From Octopus bimaculoides (Eukaryota): a DNA stretch of 33,697 bases. Shown here piece after piece: positions 20,817-33,171 of the stretch. The notes under the pieces are model-generated. The model was not told the origin of the DNA. It saw nothing but the letters and a program-made list of their open reading frames with translations, and did not search any database. The stretch is taken from positions 8,853,414-8,887,110 of the forward strand of contig NC_068995.1 of assembly GCF_001194135.2 (NCBI RefSeq). The letters run 5' to 3'. Position 1 is the first letter of the stretch. Each line of letters opens with the position of its first letter. The translations under genes were made by a program, and so were the position numbers.

Positions 20817-23584
20817 TGTGTGTATGCCGTAGGAATACACCGTCTAACAGGTGTTTCCTGCACTTCATAAACAGTATCGTGTGATATGAGGGATATTCCA
20901 TAATATTTCCACCATACAACGTTTGTATCAAATGAGCGTTTTGTATTTCATTCGTGCGTGCGTGCGTACCTACTTATATACGCGCGCGTGTATATTTATG
21001 CGTATGTATGTGCGTGTACGTGCCCGCATGCGCACGCATGCATGTGTGTGTGTGTGTGTGTGTGTGTGTGCTTTTAATTATGCATGATCCAAATATTTTT
21101 TTCGTCGTTCTCTTTGTGAATGTAGAACAGTTGATCATGCTGTTGTCCAGCCCCAAGAGTCTAAATAACCAATGTGAAAGTGTTACAACTTCAAATTAAC
21201 TAGCAGCAATGAAAAATAGATAAGAGAAAGAGTTAAGCGAATGTCTCACAGTGGCCAACAAAATATCAGTGCACCATATTACTCCCAGTACATGCCAAAA
21301 AGGAATATCGATTTCTTCCGACCGGGCAAAATGCCAATAGTGGTTTCTTATTCTATTGAGTATATGTTTTATTTCATTTTAGTTTATTTTATTTTATAGT
21401 CGACATGTTAAAGCAGATCGAACTGACCCAGTCTTTCAACAACCTAATCATTCATCCACTCCATGCATTACTAAACAAGATGCGTGGGGCGGTCTCTAAG
21501 TGTCATCCCATCTGCTAGAAACTCCAGCTCACACCCTACTGTCTCAAAAAATCAAAAAATAAAAAGTTTTAAACAACATAGACTTAAAATCTATGTACGA
21601 AACAGCTGGGAAATTGGTTACGCAATAGCAACAGTGGATAAAATAATATATTGCATTATGTTTCCCGGTTTTATGCGAGGACAAACCGAAACACGACTTC
21701 CGTGTAAAGTCATGGGTCTATCAATAACTGAGAAAATGAAGAATAAGAATAACTGAGCAGTGCTTTTGGTAAAAAAAAAAAGAAAAGAAAGTGTTACTAT
21801 AAACCTCGGAAAGGCTCACATCTCTTAAATATCCTCCACAACTCTTAAATATCCTCGCACATATACTGAGAGACCTACATGGGATGCGTGAAGGCGTTTT
21901 AAAACAAACCTGGATATCCTACTGTCAAGAGTTCCGCTTGAACCTACCTCGCGGCAAGTAACAGAGATGAGGGCAGCAACATAAAACTACCTCATTTCCC
22001 AAATGCCACATATCAGAAGAGGTTTATTGAAAGTGTAGCAAAGCAAACAGCGGTCCCACAGCTTGGCCGTAGCTCTCGAACTGAAACTAATAATGTGAAA
22101 AAAACTTTCCCCGTGAATTCCATTGATTGCAATCAATCCAGTTGAACAAAAAATGCGATATGAATGCTCCTGCCATGACTGTGTCTTTTGCATAACATTG
22201 TTGTAGTTTATATTAATGGTGGAGACTTGGTTCAAAATAAGATCGTTTGATGTTGATGTTTGTTCTGGTGGTTCTGGTTATCAAGGAGATTTCGGACGGT
22301 ACAGCAGTCATCCTCACACTCCGATATATATANNNNNNNNNNNNNNNNNNNNNNNNNNNNNNNNNNNNNNNNNNNNNNNNNNNNNNNNNNNNNNNNNNNN
22401 NNNNNNNNNNNNNNNNNNNNNNNNNNNNNNNNNNNNNNNNNNNNNNNNNNNNNNNNNNNNNNNNNNNNNNNNNNNNNNNNNNNNNNNNNNNNNNNNNNNN
22501 NNNNNNNNNNNNNNNNNNNNNNNNNNNNNNNNNNNNNNNNNNNNNNNNNNNNNNNNNNNNNNNNNNNNNNNNNNNNNNNNNNNNNNNNNNNNNNNNNNNN
22601 NNNNNNNNNNNNNNNNNNNNNNNNNNNNNNNNNNNNNNNNNNNNNNNNNNNNNNNNNNNNNNNNNNNNNNNNNNNNNNNNNNNNNNNNNNNNNNNNAGAA
22701 AATAGAATAAATCATAGCGTAATAATAGTATAAAATACAAAAACAAACACGACCACAAGCAAACAAACAAAGAAAAATAACACATGAAATAAAATCCATA
22801 TGAAAATAGTCATTCATTCCGAAAGTGAAAGTGAAAGAACATTACATAAATTTTTATCTGGTTTGACAAAGTCGATGACTGTAAATCATAATATATATCA
22901 TAGTGAGGAAATAGAGCTTGTAAAATTTGATAGACTGTTCTCTCATGACTCTCAATCGCTTACTTACAATAAATTATTTTTCAGTAGAAAAATTTGATAA
23001 ACAGCATTTAACAACCGCTACCGTTAGTTACTACAATACTAGCATAAATGTTATAAATATACTAAAAATAAAATATCAGATTAAATCAGAACAAACCGTT
23101 AAGAATTTTTAAAAAATGGTTTCTTGACATTGATATTTACTACGAAATATTCGCGAAGAATGTGCGATGAGGATTTTGTAATCCCTATTGTCTCACTGGT
23201 ATTTTATTTGAATGACCCACGAAGAATGAAATATATAGATCTCGATGAGGCTTGCATTCGCAATAGTGAGGGGTCGTGAACGGAATAGAGAAATGAAATC
23301 GACCAGTATTGACAAGACACAAAATGTGGGAACACTAGCGTTCAGTTTGTCTGCTGGAAAGGACACTCAGCACACATTCAAACAACACCTAATGATCTTA
23401 AAAATGGAAGGGCGCATAAGATAATGAAGTACTAGATGAATAATGATTGGACGTATAAGATTTCTATGTTCGACTAGACCCGGCTTGCGGATGAAGAGCA
23501 TACTAAATATTGTTAATACCCACAGCGATGAGATTATTACTTTTACCTTTTATGGCGGCGTGTTACAGAAACGTGACTATTCTG

Positions 23585-23775
23585 GGGGAAAAAAAGCTTA
23601 GTGGTATTTCGTCCCTCAGTACTGTCTGAGTTCAAATTCTGTCATATTTGTCTTAACTTTTCATCATTTCGCGTTCCATAAAATAAGGGTTAGTGGAGCA
23701 CTGGGGTCGATGTAATCAACTCTCATTCTCCCCCAAATTTTCTCGCCTTGAACCAAAGTTTGAGACCATCATTAC
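23585..23775 (+). mobile_element. Diverged SINE family A copy
   Basis: GCTTAGTGGTATTTCGTC...CTGAGTTCAAATTC...CACTGGGGTCGATGTAATCAACT...CCCCCAAATTTT. Confidence 0.75.
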
Positions 23776-24039
23776 TATTGCTTTTCTTCATTCATTAGCT
23801 AAGCAAAGAAGGGGAAACAGATCTCGTGACAATAAGATATCAGGTAAGGGTGGTGGGTTCGAATCTGTTGATTATTAAATAAAACATCTTTTAAGATATT
23901 AGCAGAAGAAAGCTTCATATTATGACATACTTCGTGTCTTGAATCGACAAATGACCGCTTGACCATTCTGTAACACGCGGAATATATTTGACATGGATTT
24001 TACATTGAAGTATACAAACGAGATTTCCTGTCATCGCCA

Positions 24040-24163
24040 TTTCTCGGTTAGTTACAGACAAGTTCATCATACCCTTCAAGGCTCACATGGCGCAAAGTGC
24101 AGGTCAAATATCGGAAAATATTTTCTCCAGCGAATCATTAATTTCTCTAATTTATTACCATTG
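24040..24163 (+). mobile_element. Probable 3' fragment of a CR1/L2-clade LINE ORF2
   Basis: Translation KCRSNIGKYFLQRIINFSNLLP resembles the conserved CR1 C-terminal R..FFS.RV.N.WN.LP segment. Short and degenerate. Confidence 0.45.
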
Positions 24164-24179
24164 ATTTGTGCTTCATTGT

Positions 24180-24300
24180 ATCAGCGACGAAGGGATGAAA
24201 GTCAATGTTGACCTCGATCGGACATTAATTCAGAATGTAAAAAGCCGTAACTGCGTGCCTAAATACCGCAAAACACTTCGATTAATGCACAAACAATTCT
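24180..24300 (-). mobile_element. Highly decayed SINE family A copy
   Basis: GAAGGGATGAAAGTCAATGTTGACCTCG...AATTCAGAATGTAAA...AAATACCGC resembles the reverse complement of the family A core. Confidence 0.5.
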
Positions 24301-24509
24301 GCCGATTTGCTTCAATGCTTTATGTAACATGCATTAATTTACAATTCTGGAGAAAATGAATGATGGAAGAATTTTCAACTAGATTGCGCCTTTGTGTTCG
24401 AAGAAACTTTAGCAGTGACAAATGTGCACTAGGGTCCATGCTGCTTTAGCTAATTAGTTAGTCAGTTCCAAAAGAAGCCAATTTGGTGCTCGACATTAAA
24501 GGCAGGGAT

Positions 24510-24571
24510 AAGGTGGCGAGCTAGCAGAATCGTTACCACGCCGGACAAAATGCTGAGCGGCATTTGGTCCG
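24510..24571 (+). mobile_element. 5' head of SINE family A, cut by a (CA)n tract and gap
   Basis: AAGGTGGCGAGCTAGCAGAATCGTTACCACGCCGGACAAAATGCTGAGCGGCATTT matches the head of 7878-7930. Confidence 0.75.
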
Positions 24572-24626
24572 ATACACACACACACACACACACACATACA
24601 CACACACACAAACACACAGACAAACA

Positions 24627-24672
<46 letters not shown>

Positions 24673-25370
24673 NNNNNNNNNNNNNNNNNNNNNNNNNNNN
24701 NNNNNNNNNNNNNNNNNNNNNNNNNNNNNNNNNNNNNNNNNNNNNNNNNNNNNNNNNNNNNNNNNNNNNNNNNNNNNNNNNNNNNNNNNNNNNNNNNNNN
24801 NNNNNNNNNNNNNNNNNNNNNNNNNNNNNNNNNNNNNNNNNNNNNNNNNNNNNNNNNNNNNNNNNNNNNNNNNNNNNNNNNNNNNNNNNNNNNNNNNNNN
24901 NNNNNNNNNNNNNNNNNNNNNNNNNNNNNNNNNNNNNNNNNNNNNNNNNNNNNNNNNNNNNNNNNNNNNNNNNNNNNNNNNNNNNNNNNNNNNNNNNNNN
25001 NNNNNNNNNNNNNNNNNNNNNNNNNNNNNNNNNNNNNNNNNNNNNNNNNNNNNNNNNNNNNNNNNNNNNNNNNNNNNNNNNNNNNNNNNNNNNNNNNNNN
25101 NNNNNNNNNNNNNNNNNNNNNNNNNNNNNNNNNNNNNNNNNNNNNNNNNNNNNNNNNNNNNNNNNNNNNNNNNNNNNNNNNNNNNNNNNNNNNNNNNNNN
25201 NNNNNNNNNNNNNNNNNNNNNNNNNNNNNNNNNNNNNNNNNNNNNNNNNNNNNNNNNNNNNNNNNNNNNNNNNNNNNNNNNNNNNNNNNNNNNNNNNNNN
25301 NNNNNNNNNNNNNNNNNNNNNNNNNNNNNNNNNNNNNNNNNNNNNNNNNNNNNNNNNNNNNNNNNNNNNN

Positions 25371-25447
<77 letters not shown>

Positions 25448-26326
25448 CATACATATATATACTCATACATGTACATATATATGTATATATATATATGTGT
25501 GTGTTTGTGTTTGTGTGCGTGTATGTGTATATACTTATATATGTATGTATGTATGTACGTAAATGTGTGTGTGCACATGTACGCGTGTATGTGTGCTTGT
25601 GAATTTGGATTGATGTACTGTGTATTTATGTTCAGTATATAGTATAGATGAGAAGCTATTTTTCGAAAGTCATATGTAATAGGTGGCCATTTTAGGGATT
25701 TATAACGCTGCAATCTAAGAAAACGGACGAGGAGCACCCACAAATAATGTTATCTTCAGCTGTCAACTATATTCTATTTCAATAAACGTCTGTACAAAAT
25801 ACTAACTATGGCAACAATGTGATTTAAACTTTAGCATAGTTCCCTTAGTTTGCTTTCAAAATGATATCGTATCACATTCGCATATATAATAAGCGCTAAG
25901 TGTGTGTGTTTTATGTGTTTCTGTATCTACGCGTGTTCGTTTATCACTCATATTCCTTCATTCTTTTATTCTTTTATCATTTTACTCTTTCTGTTGGATT
26001 TAGTTATTGCAGTACGTTTATGGCAATATCTGTGTGCCGTATTGAAGGACTCGTTCTTAGTTTTCATGTATATGTAAATAAATATTTATTCATGTATTGT
26101 AACTGTCTTATTTGCCCGTGTTTGTTGAAATGGAGTAAATTACGTTTGTGAAATAAGGGGCATAACTTCATAGTAGTTTCAGCGGTAAATATGTAATGGA
26201 GACACAGAGACCTACTTAGAACGACTCACATTGACATACAATCATATACATACATATATATATATATACATATATATATACATATATATAAATATATGCA
26301 TATATATANNNNNNNNNNNNNNNNNN

Positions 26327-26376
<50 letters not shown>

Positions 26377-26906
26377 TATACACATATATATACACACACA
26401 AACATATATATATATATATACGTAAATTTATGTATCTGTGTGCGTATATGCTGCCTTGATTAAATGTGTATTTATATAAAAATACGTATGCAAGCATAAA
26501 CTGACACACAAATATGCATAAATGCAAACCTGCTTACATACATTCATATATATATATATGTATATATGTACATATATATATATTTATATATGTACATTAA
26601 TATATATACATTTGTAAGCATATGTATATGTGTGTGAGTGTGTACATATGCATGTATACGTATGTTTTATATTTATATTTATGTAAACATAGATTCATAC
26701 GTGAGTGTATAATATGCCAAATTGCAGTTTAGTCATTCTATTAAATAAGGGTTTCTCATGTTTGCTGGTTGACCTTTAATATTCCCATTGGGATGTTATC
26801 GTTCCAAAATACTTAATAAAAACAATATCAGACCAATTATGCTGAAAGAGAACCCATTTCAAAATCTACGCACAAGGAGAACCCACGAACATACATGCAA
26901 ACTAAC

Positions 26907-26961
<55 letters not shown>

Positions 26962-27266
26962 TACATAATGTATGCGTGTGTGCCTGTATATCTGTGTGTG
27001 TTTGTGTGTGTGTGTCTCTATCTCTCTCTGTCGGTGTGTGCGCGTGCGTATGTGTGTAAGTATGTGCCCATTTGTATCTATAATATCAATATACAGACAT
27101 GAAAGGAGCGTCGATCAAAATACTGGTATTTATAGACATTTTAAATTTGTATACAATCGTGGAAAAGCTGTGTGCCAGTTAGATTTTCCCCAGAGAAAAT
27201 TTTCAAAGAGACTTCGCTGATAAAACGACACGTTAAAAAGACTTCGTCATGTGTGTTAATCTGGTC

Positions 27267-27583
27267 TGGCTCTCCGTCGGTTACGACGATGAGTGTTCCT
27301 GTTAATATGATCAATTGAACAGCTTGCTCCTAAAAGTAACGACAAAGTCGCCCAGTGCACTTCAGACATGTATACATTTAACGTACTTCTCAGGGAGATT
27401 CAGCAACGTACAAGGTGTGACGGAGCTTGGGTTTTTTAAATACAGGTACAACTCATTTTGGCCAGTTGAATGGACTGGAGCATCGAGAAGTAGCGGTCCT
27501 TGGTCAATGATACAACGCGTTGCCATGAATCGAACTCACGTTTTTACGGTAGGGTGTCGAATATCCTAACCACTAGATCGTGC
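27267..27583 (-). mobile_element. tRNA-derived SINE, family D, full length
   Basis: On the minus strand: A-box TAGTGGTTAGG, B-box GAGTTCGATTC, a central domain similar to that of 13741-13885, and a tail homologous to 8582-8725. Confidence 0.8.
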
Positions 27584-27623
27584 GGGGGGGTTGGCGGAGT
27601 TGGAAACTGCATATATATACGCA

Positions 27624-27669
<46 letters not shown>

Positions 27670-27696
27670 AGTGTGTGTGTGGGGGGGATTGTATGT

Positions 27697-27741
<45 letters not shown>

Positions 27742-28004
27742 TCTGTGTACAAGACAATATAGATGAGTTCGGTTTCAGTCAAAGTATCTTAAGATTCTTA
27801 TTGTATACAAGATGCAATTCTGGTGGTTCACTAAACGCTACAACAAAACTTTACAAGTATTTGGTTATATAAGTCTCCGAGTCATAAAAATGCATACATA
27901 CATTCCTACACACACAGGCATTTACATGAATGTATTGATATGCATGTATGCATATATATATATATGTGTGTGTGCATGTGTGTCTGTGTGTACACACACA
28001 CACA

Positions 28005-28052
<48 letters not shown>

Positions 28053-28734
28053 NNNNNNNNNNNNNNNNNNNNNNNNNNNNNNNNNNNNNNNNNNNNNNNN
28101 NNNNNNNNNNNNNNNNNNNNNNNNNNNNNNNNNNNNNNNNNNNNNNNNNNNNNNNNNNNNNNNNNNNNNNNNNNNNNNNNNNNNNNNNNNNNNNNNNNNN
28201 NNNNNNNNNNNNNNNNNNNNNNNNNNNNNNNNNNNNNNNNNNNNNNNNNNNNNNNNNNNNNNNNNNNNNNNNNNNNNNNNNNNNNNNNNNNNNNNNNNNN
28301 NNNNNNNNNNNNNNNNNNNNNNNNNNNNNNNNNNNNNNNNNNNNNNNNNNNNNNNNNNNNNNNNNNNNNNNNNNNNNNNNNNNNNNNNNNNNNNNNNNNN
28401 NNNNNNNNNNNNNNNNNNNNNNNNNNNNNNNNNNNNNNNNNNNNNNNNNNNNNNNNNNNNNNNNNNNNNNNNNNNNNNNNNNNNNNNNNNNNNNNNNNNN
28501 NNNNNNNNNNNNNNNNNNNNNNNNNNNNNNNNNNNNNNNNNNNNNNNNNNNNNNNNNNNNNNNNNNNNNNNNNNNNNNNNNNNNNNNNNNNNNNNNNNNN
28601 NNNNNNNNNNNNNNNNNNNNNNNNNNNNNNNNNNNNNNNNNNNNNNNNNNNNNNNNNNNNNNNNNNNNNNNNNNNNNNNNNNNNNNNNNNNNNNNNNNNN
28701 NNNNNNNNNNNNNNNNNNNNNNNNNNNNNNNNNN

Positions 28735-28777
<43 letters not shown>

Positions 28778-29020
28778 ATTTGTATGTATATGTATAGATG
28801 TATATATATGTATGTGTATACATATATATATATATATACGTATGTATATATATGTATATCTATATATATATGCACTTCTCGCACATATATATATACGCGA
28901 GTAGGTATGTCTGTATGTGTTAGTCTGTCTATGTGCGTAGGTTTACACACACACGCACATATTTTTGTGGATGTGTGTATATATGTATATATATATATAT
29001 ATATATATACATATATACAA

Positions 29021-29057
<37 letters not shown>

Positions 29058-29409
29058 TCTTTGCTTCTTTGTGTATGTATGCGTGTTTACATGTTTATGT
29101 CTATGTACTCTCCTAAAGATTTCACCCCTTACACACCATGGTTAACTCCGAGCTGGGACACGAACCTTAGACTTCAATTCTTGGCTATACGTGCATCTCA
29201 ATCAATCAAGTACTTTTCCATATGTTTTTTCATGTTTTTATGAAACTTACAAAAACACTTCTCAATGCTTCTCATTTTCTCTGGAGATATTTTGGCCATC
29301 TTTCGTATTTCTTTTGGATGACAGTCGCTGAAATGACGAGTATTGCTCTATAGGCATCCATGGCTAGAATTCAAGAAAGCTTCTTTCTGAATCCCCTTGT
29401 GAACTTACT

Positions 29410-29496
29410 GTCTCTTTCTTCTCTCTTTCGAACTTCCATTTCACATTTCCTACTCGCCTTCTTTCTCCACCTCTCTATTTCCACTTCTATTTTGAA

Positions 29497-29543
<47 letters not shown>

Positions 29544-29552
29544 CCTCTCTCT
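29410..29552. repeat. Polypyrimidine / (CT)n tract
   Basis: Directly visible. A complementary GA-rich tract lies at about 30310-30410. Confidence 0.9.
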
Positions 29553-29903
29553 TTGTCGCATTTACGTAAATTTTTGGCTAATCTTTGACAAATGCATCAT
29601 AGTAGATCCATTCTAGCAGTTCCAAATAATTACTAAGAGCCAGAGAGATTCCGAATTATTAATGCCTCTGCTACGCCTTAATTCTTCTATATTTGTTTTA
29701 TTTATTGTGCATGTGTAAGTAGGATAGAGAAAGAGAAGCATTATTTGACATATCAATTAATGGATCATGTCAGGCACATTAGGATGCCATTTTTGAGAGC
29801 AATATGTGGTTGTTCTAAACGTTGAGTTAATCATAGCCTGAGTTACCAACAAACAGATACATACGTGCAAAGAGACATACATACATAAACATAATCACGT
29901 CAG

Positions 29904-30132
29904 CTGCCGCTCAGACTTAAATATCTGTTCGAAACTTATCAAGAAGGTGAACATTTAGGGATAACTGCCTTGAAATCTGCAATTCATCTACCTGGTTTAA
30001 AAACTGATATTAACAGAAGCGAATATTCGTATATATGGTTATACCATAACATGGTTAACAGATGTTCTGTTAAAGCTACCATTCTCAGCGCTAGAAGGAG
30101 TTCTGCTAACATTCAGTTTACAATTACAATCT
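29904..30132 (+). CDS. Candidate internal coding exon of an unidentified gene
   Basis: CAG acceptor at 29901-29903, 76 stop-free codons (LPLRLKYLFETYQEGEHLGITALKSAIHL...), then a GTAAGT donor at 30133. The acceptor lacks a strong pyrimidine tract and I recognise no homology. Confidence 0.2.
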
Positions 30133-30765
30133 GTAAGTGGAGTAGTTAAAATATGTAACAATTTTCAAAAGTTAAGAGCGTAAATCTTATTAGTGTTGTT
30201 ATATAGATTTCTGTGACGCATATTTATTTATTTTCTAGAAAACTGTCTTTTATATCTGGAAAGAACTCTAACAGATACTTAAAGAAAAAGGCTTACAAAC
30301 AAAAATGAGACAGGCAGAGAGTCAGAGAGAGGATAAAGATAAGAGAGAGGGAGAGAGAGATTGAGAGAGAGAGAGAAAAAACGAAGGGTAGAAAGGGAAG
30401 AGAGATTAGCAGATTATTAGTTTAGACTATGAATAAATCTGATGAATTTATTTCTTTGTATTGTACATACATGTGCGAGGGTGGTGTAGAGTTTCACTGT
30501 TTTTGTTTGTTTATATGTGGCACCACACGGCGGCCTGCAACTACTTGGTTACAGAAATAGCTATAAATCTAAGTAAGCATACAGGTATGTTTGTCAGTCT
30601 GTCTGTATGTATGTATATACATGTGCGCGCGCGCGCGTGTAGATATGAATCGTACTTAAATATATAGGTATATTCATATACACCCTTCGCTTAAACCTCG
30701 TCTCTCTCTACACCTTTTTCGCTATCTATATCTCACTCTCTATGCCTGTACATTTGAATGAACGC

Positions 30766-30768
<3 letters not shown>

Positions 30769-30846
<78 letters not shown>
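30769..30846. repeat. Long uninterrupted (TA)n microsatellite
   Basis: Directly visible. Confidence 0.95.
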
Positions 30847-30854
<8 letters not shown>

Positions 30855-31059
30855 TACGTGTGTGTGTGTGTGTGAACATTTCACATACACATTTTATACA
30901 TGCATATCTATTTTCTACTTGTCACACACAAGCGATCATTCTTCCATTCTGCTCTTGTATAAGGAGAATGTTTTATTTAAATAATAATCCGTCTCCAATA
31001 GAATTTCTTACAAGAAATGGCTTACAAGAATTTATATTTGAAACATTCTACCTAATTGT

Positions 31060-31250
31060 ATACCTCATTTCTTCTTCCATCACTTCTACCTTCTTCCCTG
31101 TTTAACTCTCTCCTCCTTGTCTCTCCCACGCCTACTACCCTCATCTTACACATCTCTCCCTTGTTCTCGTTCTCGTTCTCTTCTACTTCTTCCAGCATGT
31201 CTCTCCCGTTCGTTATCGCTGCTCCTTCTTGTTCTTCACTTACACCGTAA
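31060..31250. repeat. Pyrimidine-rich low-complexity tract (CTT/CT)
   Basis: Directly visible. It is the source of ORFs 31052..31255 and 31056..31250. Confidence 0.85.
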
Positions 31251-31639
31251 CTCATTTTTTTAATATTCTTTTTTCATATTATCGTCTGCTTCTATAGTTG
31301 CTTCTACTTTTATAAATTCGTATTTCGTATTTGTACTTTATTTTATATCCAACTTTTAAACTATGTATTTATATCTATTTTCTCTACGAAATTAACTAAC
31401 CAAGTAACTTACTAACTTCTGTAGAGTTTAATTATGTTTATATATGTACATAATATTTCTCTCTACCGTAGGCACAAAGCAGATTTAGACAATGCAGCCG
31501 ACCAGGTTATTTTAGTGTTGTTATATTTCAAAGGGTAAATTCAAGCTAGATGTTTGCCTGATTTGCAAGACGAGCGTAAAGTGTTGGAACAATAACAGAC
31601 ATTTATAATTTAAGCAGAAGCCCAATAATGTTGAGGGTG

Positions 31640-31750
31640 GGGGAAAGAACAGATAGACGATTAATAGTTTCTTCTATCGAACCAGAAGAGTGAAAGCTGA
31701 CCTCGGAACGTATTGAATTGAGAATGTAAAGATCTGCAACAAATTCCGCA
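31640..31750 (-). mobile_element. Highly decayed SINE family A copy
   Basis: TCTATCGAACCAGAAGAGTGAAAGCTGACCTCGGAACG..TTGAATTGAGAATGTAAAG resembles the reverse complement of the family A core. Confidence 0.45.
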
Positions 31751-32153
31751 AATAGGTTTTTTCCAAATCAAATGATCCTGATAATTCTAAATCATAGTAC
31801 AACAGTACATAAGAGGCAAAAATGGATCTATGCACATATGAATACGAGTGTACAACATTTATCGAGTATTCTAGGTTAATTTTTTAGCATTGCTGAATTA
31901 AATGGAATACATGAAGGGCGAGTTAACTAAGTGGATACAAAATATAGTTCTAAAATATTAACATATTTGAGACTACCATCCGCTAAAATAATTAAAGGAT
32001 ACTAGTTCGACCAAAACCAGACAGCGAAGCATTAAATATTCTTCTGCCTGTTTCAGGCTGCAGCTTGGTTCAGAAACTCTTGAAAGGAAAAAAAGGATGT
32101 CCCGCTGACGTAATGATTCTAACGATTCACCAAGGACGGTGCGCCCATATACA

Positions 32154-32199
<46 letters not shown>

Positions 32200-33133
32200 N
32201 NNNNNNNNNNNNNNNNNNNNNNNNNNNNNNNNNNNNNNNNNNNNNNNNNNNNNNNNNNNNNNNNNNNNNNNNNNNNNNNNNNNNNNNNNNNNNNNNNNNN
32301 NNNNNNNNNNNNNNNNNNNNNNNNNNNNNNNNNNNNNNNNNNNNNNNNNNNNNNNNNNNNNNNNNNNNNNNNNNNNNNNNNNNNNNNNNNNNNNNNNNNN
32401 NNNNNNNNNNNNNNNNNNNNNNNNNNNNNNNNNNNNNNNNNNNNNNNNNNNNNNNNNNNNNNNNNNNNNNNNNNNNNNNNNNNNNNNNNNNNNNNNNNNN
32501 NNNNNNNNNNNNNNNNNNNNNNNNNNNNNNNNNNNNNNNNNNNNNNNNNNNNNNNNNNNNNNNNNNNNNNNNNNNNNNNNNNNNNNNNNNNNNNNNNNNN
32601 NNNNNNNNNNNNNNNNNNNNNNNNNNNNNNNNNNNNNNNNNNNNNNNNNNNNNNNNNNNNNNNNNNNNNNNNNNNNNNNNNNNNNNNNNNNNNNNNNNNN
32701 NNNNNNNNNNNNNNNNNNNNNNNNNNNNNNNNNNNNNNNNNNNNNNNNNNNNNNNNNNNNNNNNNNNNNNNNNNNNNNNNNNNNNNNNNNNNNNNNNNNN
32801 NNNNNNNNNNNNNNNNNNNNNNNNNNNNNNNNNNNNNNNNNNNNNNNNNNNNNNNNNNNNNNACCGAATTTTGAACTTATGGTATATATATATATAAGGT
32901 TTGGAACGACCCCTTCCATATTCCGATATATTCTAAATATAAGGCATGCGTTTAGACTTCTCTGGATTTTCTCATGTCTTCTCCGCTCAAGTATATATAT
33001 ACAGATAAATCACTAAATGATTTAATTTAAACTTAACTCTAAATCCTGTATATACTCGTATCTGTATGTATCGAAACATCTGTAGCGATTAAAAGGCAGC
33101 CTAACCATATTTACTCTTCCTTTTGAGTCTTTT

Positions 33134-33171
<38 letters not shown>

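Larger units (their letters stand above)
3512..32862. other. Twelve assembly gaps (N): 3512-4131, 4807-4816, 6100-6977, 12052-12165, 12919-13204, 15688-15975, 16586-16595, 22333-22696, 24673-25370, 26309-26326, 28053-28734, 32200-32862
   Basis: Runs of N, about 4.6 kb in total. Each abuts a microsatellite on at least one side. Confidence 0.98.

Noticed and set aside
17700-21200. TIRs or a RAG2-like partner gene for the transposase fossil
   Set aside because: No matching inverted termini and no kelch- or PHD-like translation found by eye in the flanks.
29251-29363. Minus-strand segment bounded by TAG and GTAAGT, resembling an exon
   Set aside because: All three frames contain stops, so it is not a coding exon. 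A non-coding exon cannot be excluded.
3427-32919. Long ORFs containing X runs (for example 5970..7004, 24496..25743, 27812..29116, 32065..32874)
   Set aside because: Artefacts of translating through N-gaps and flanking microsatellites.
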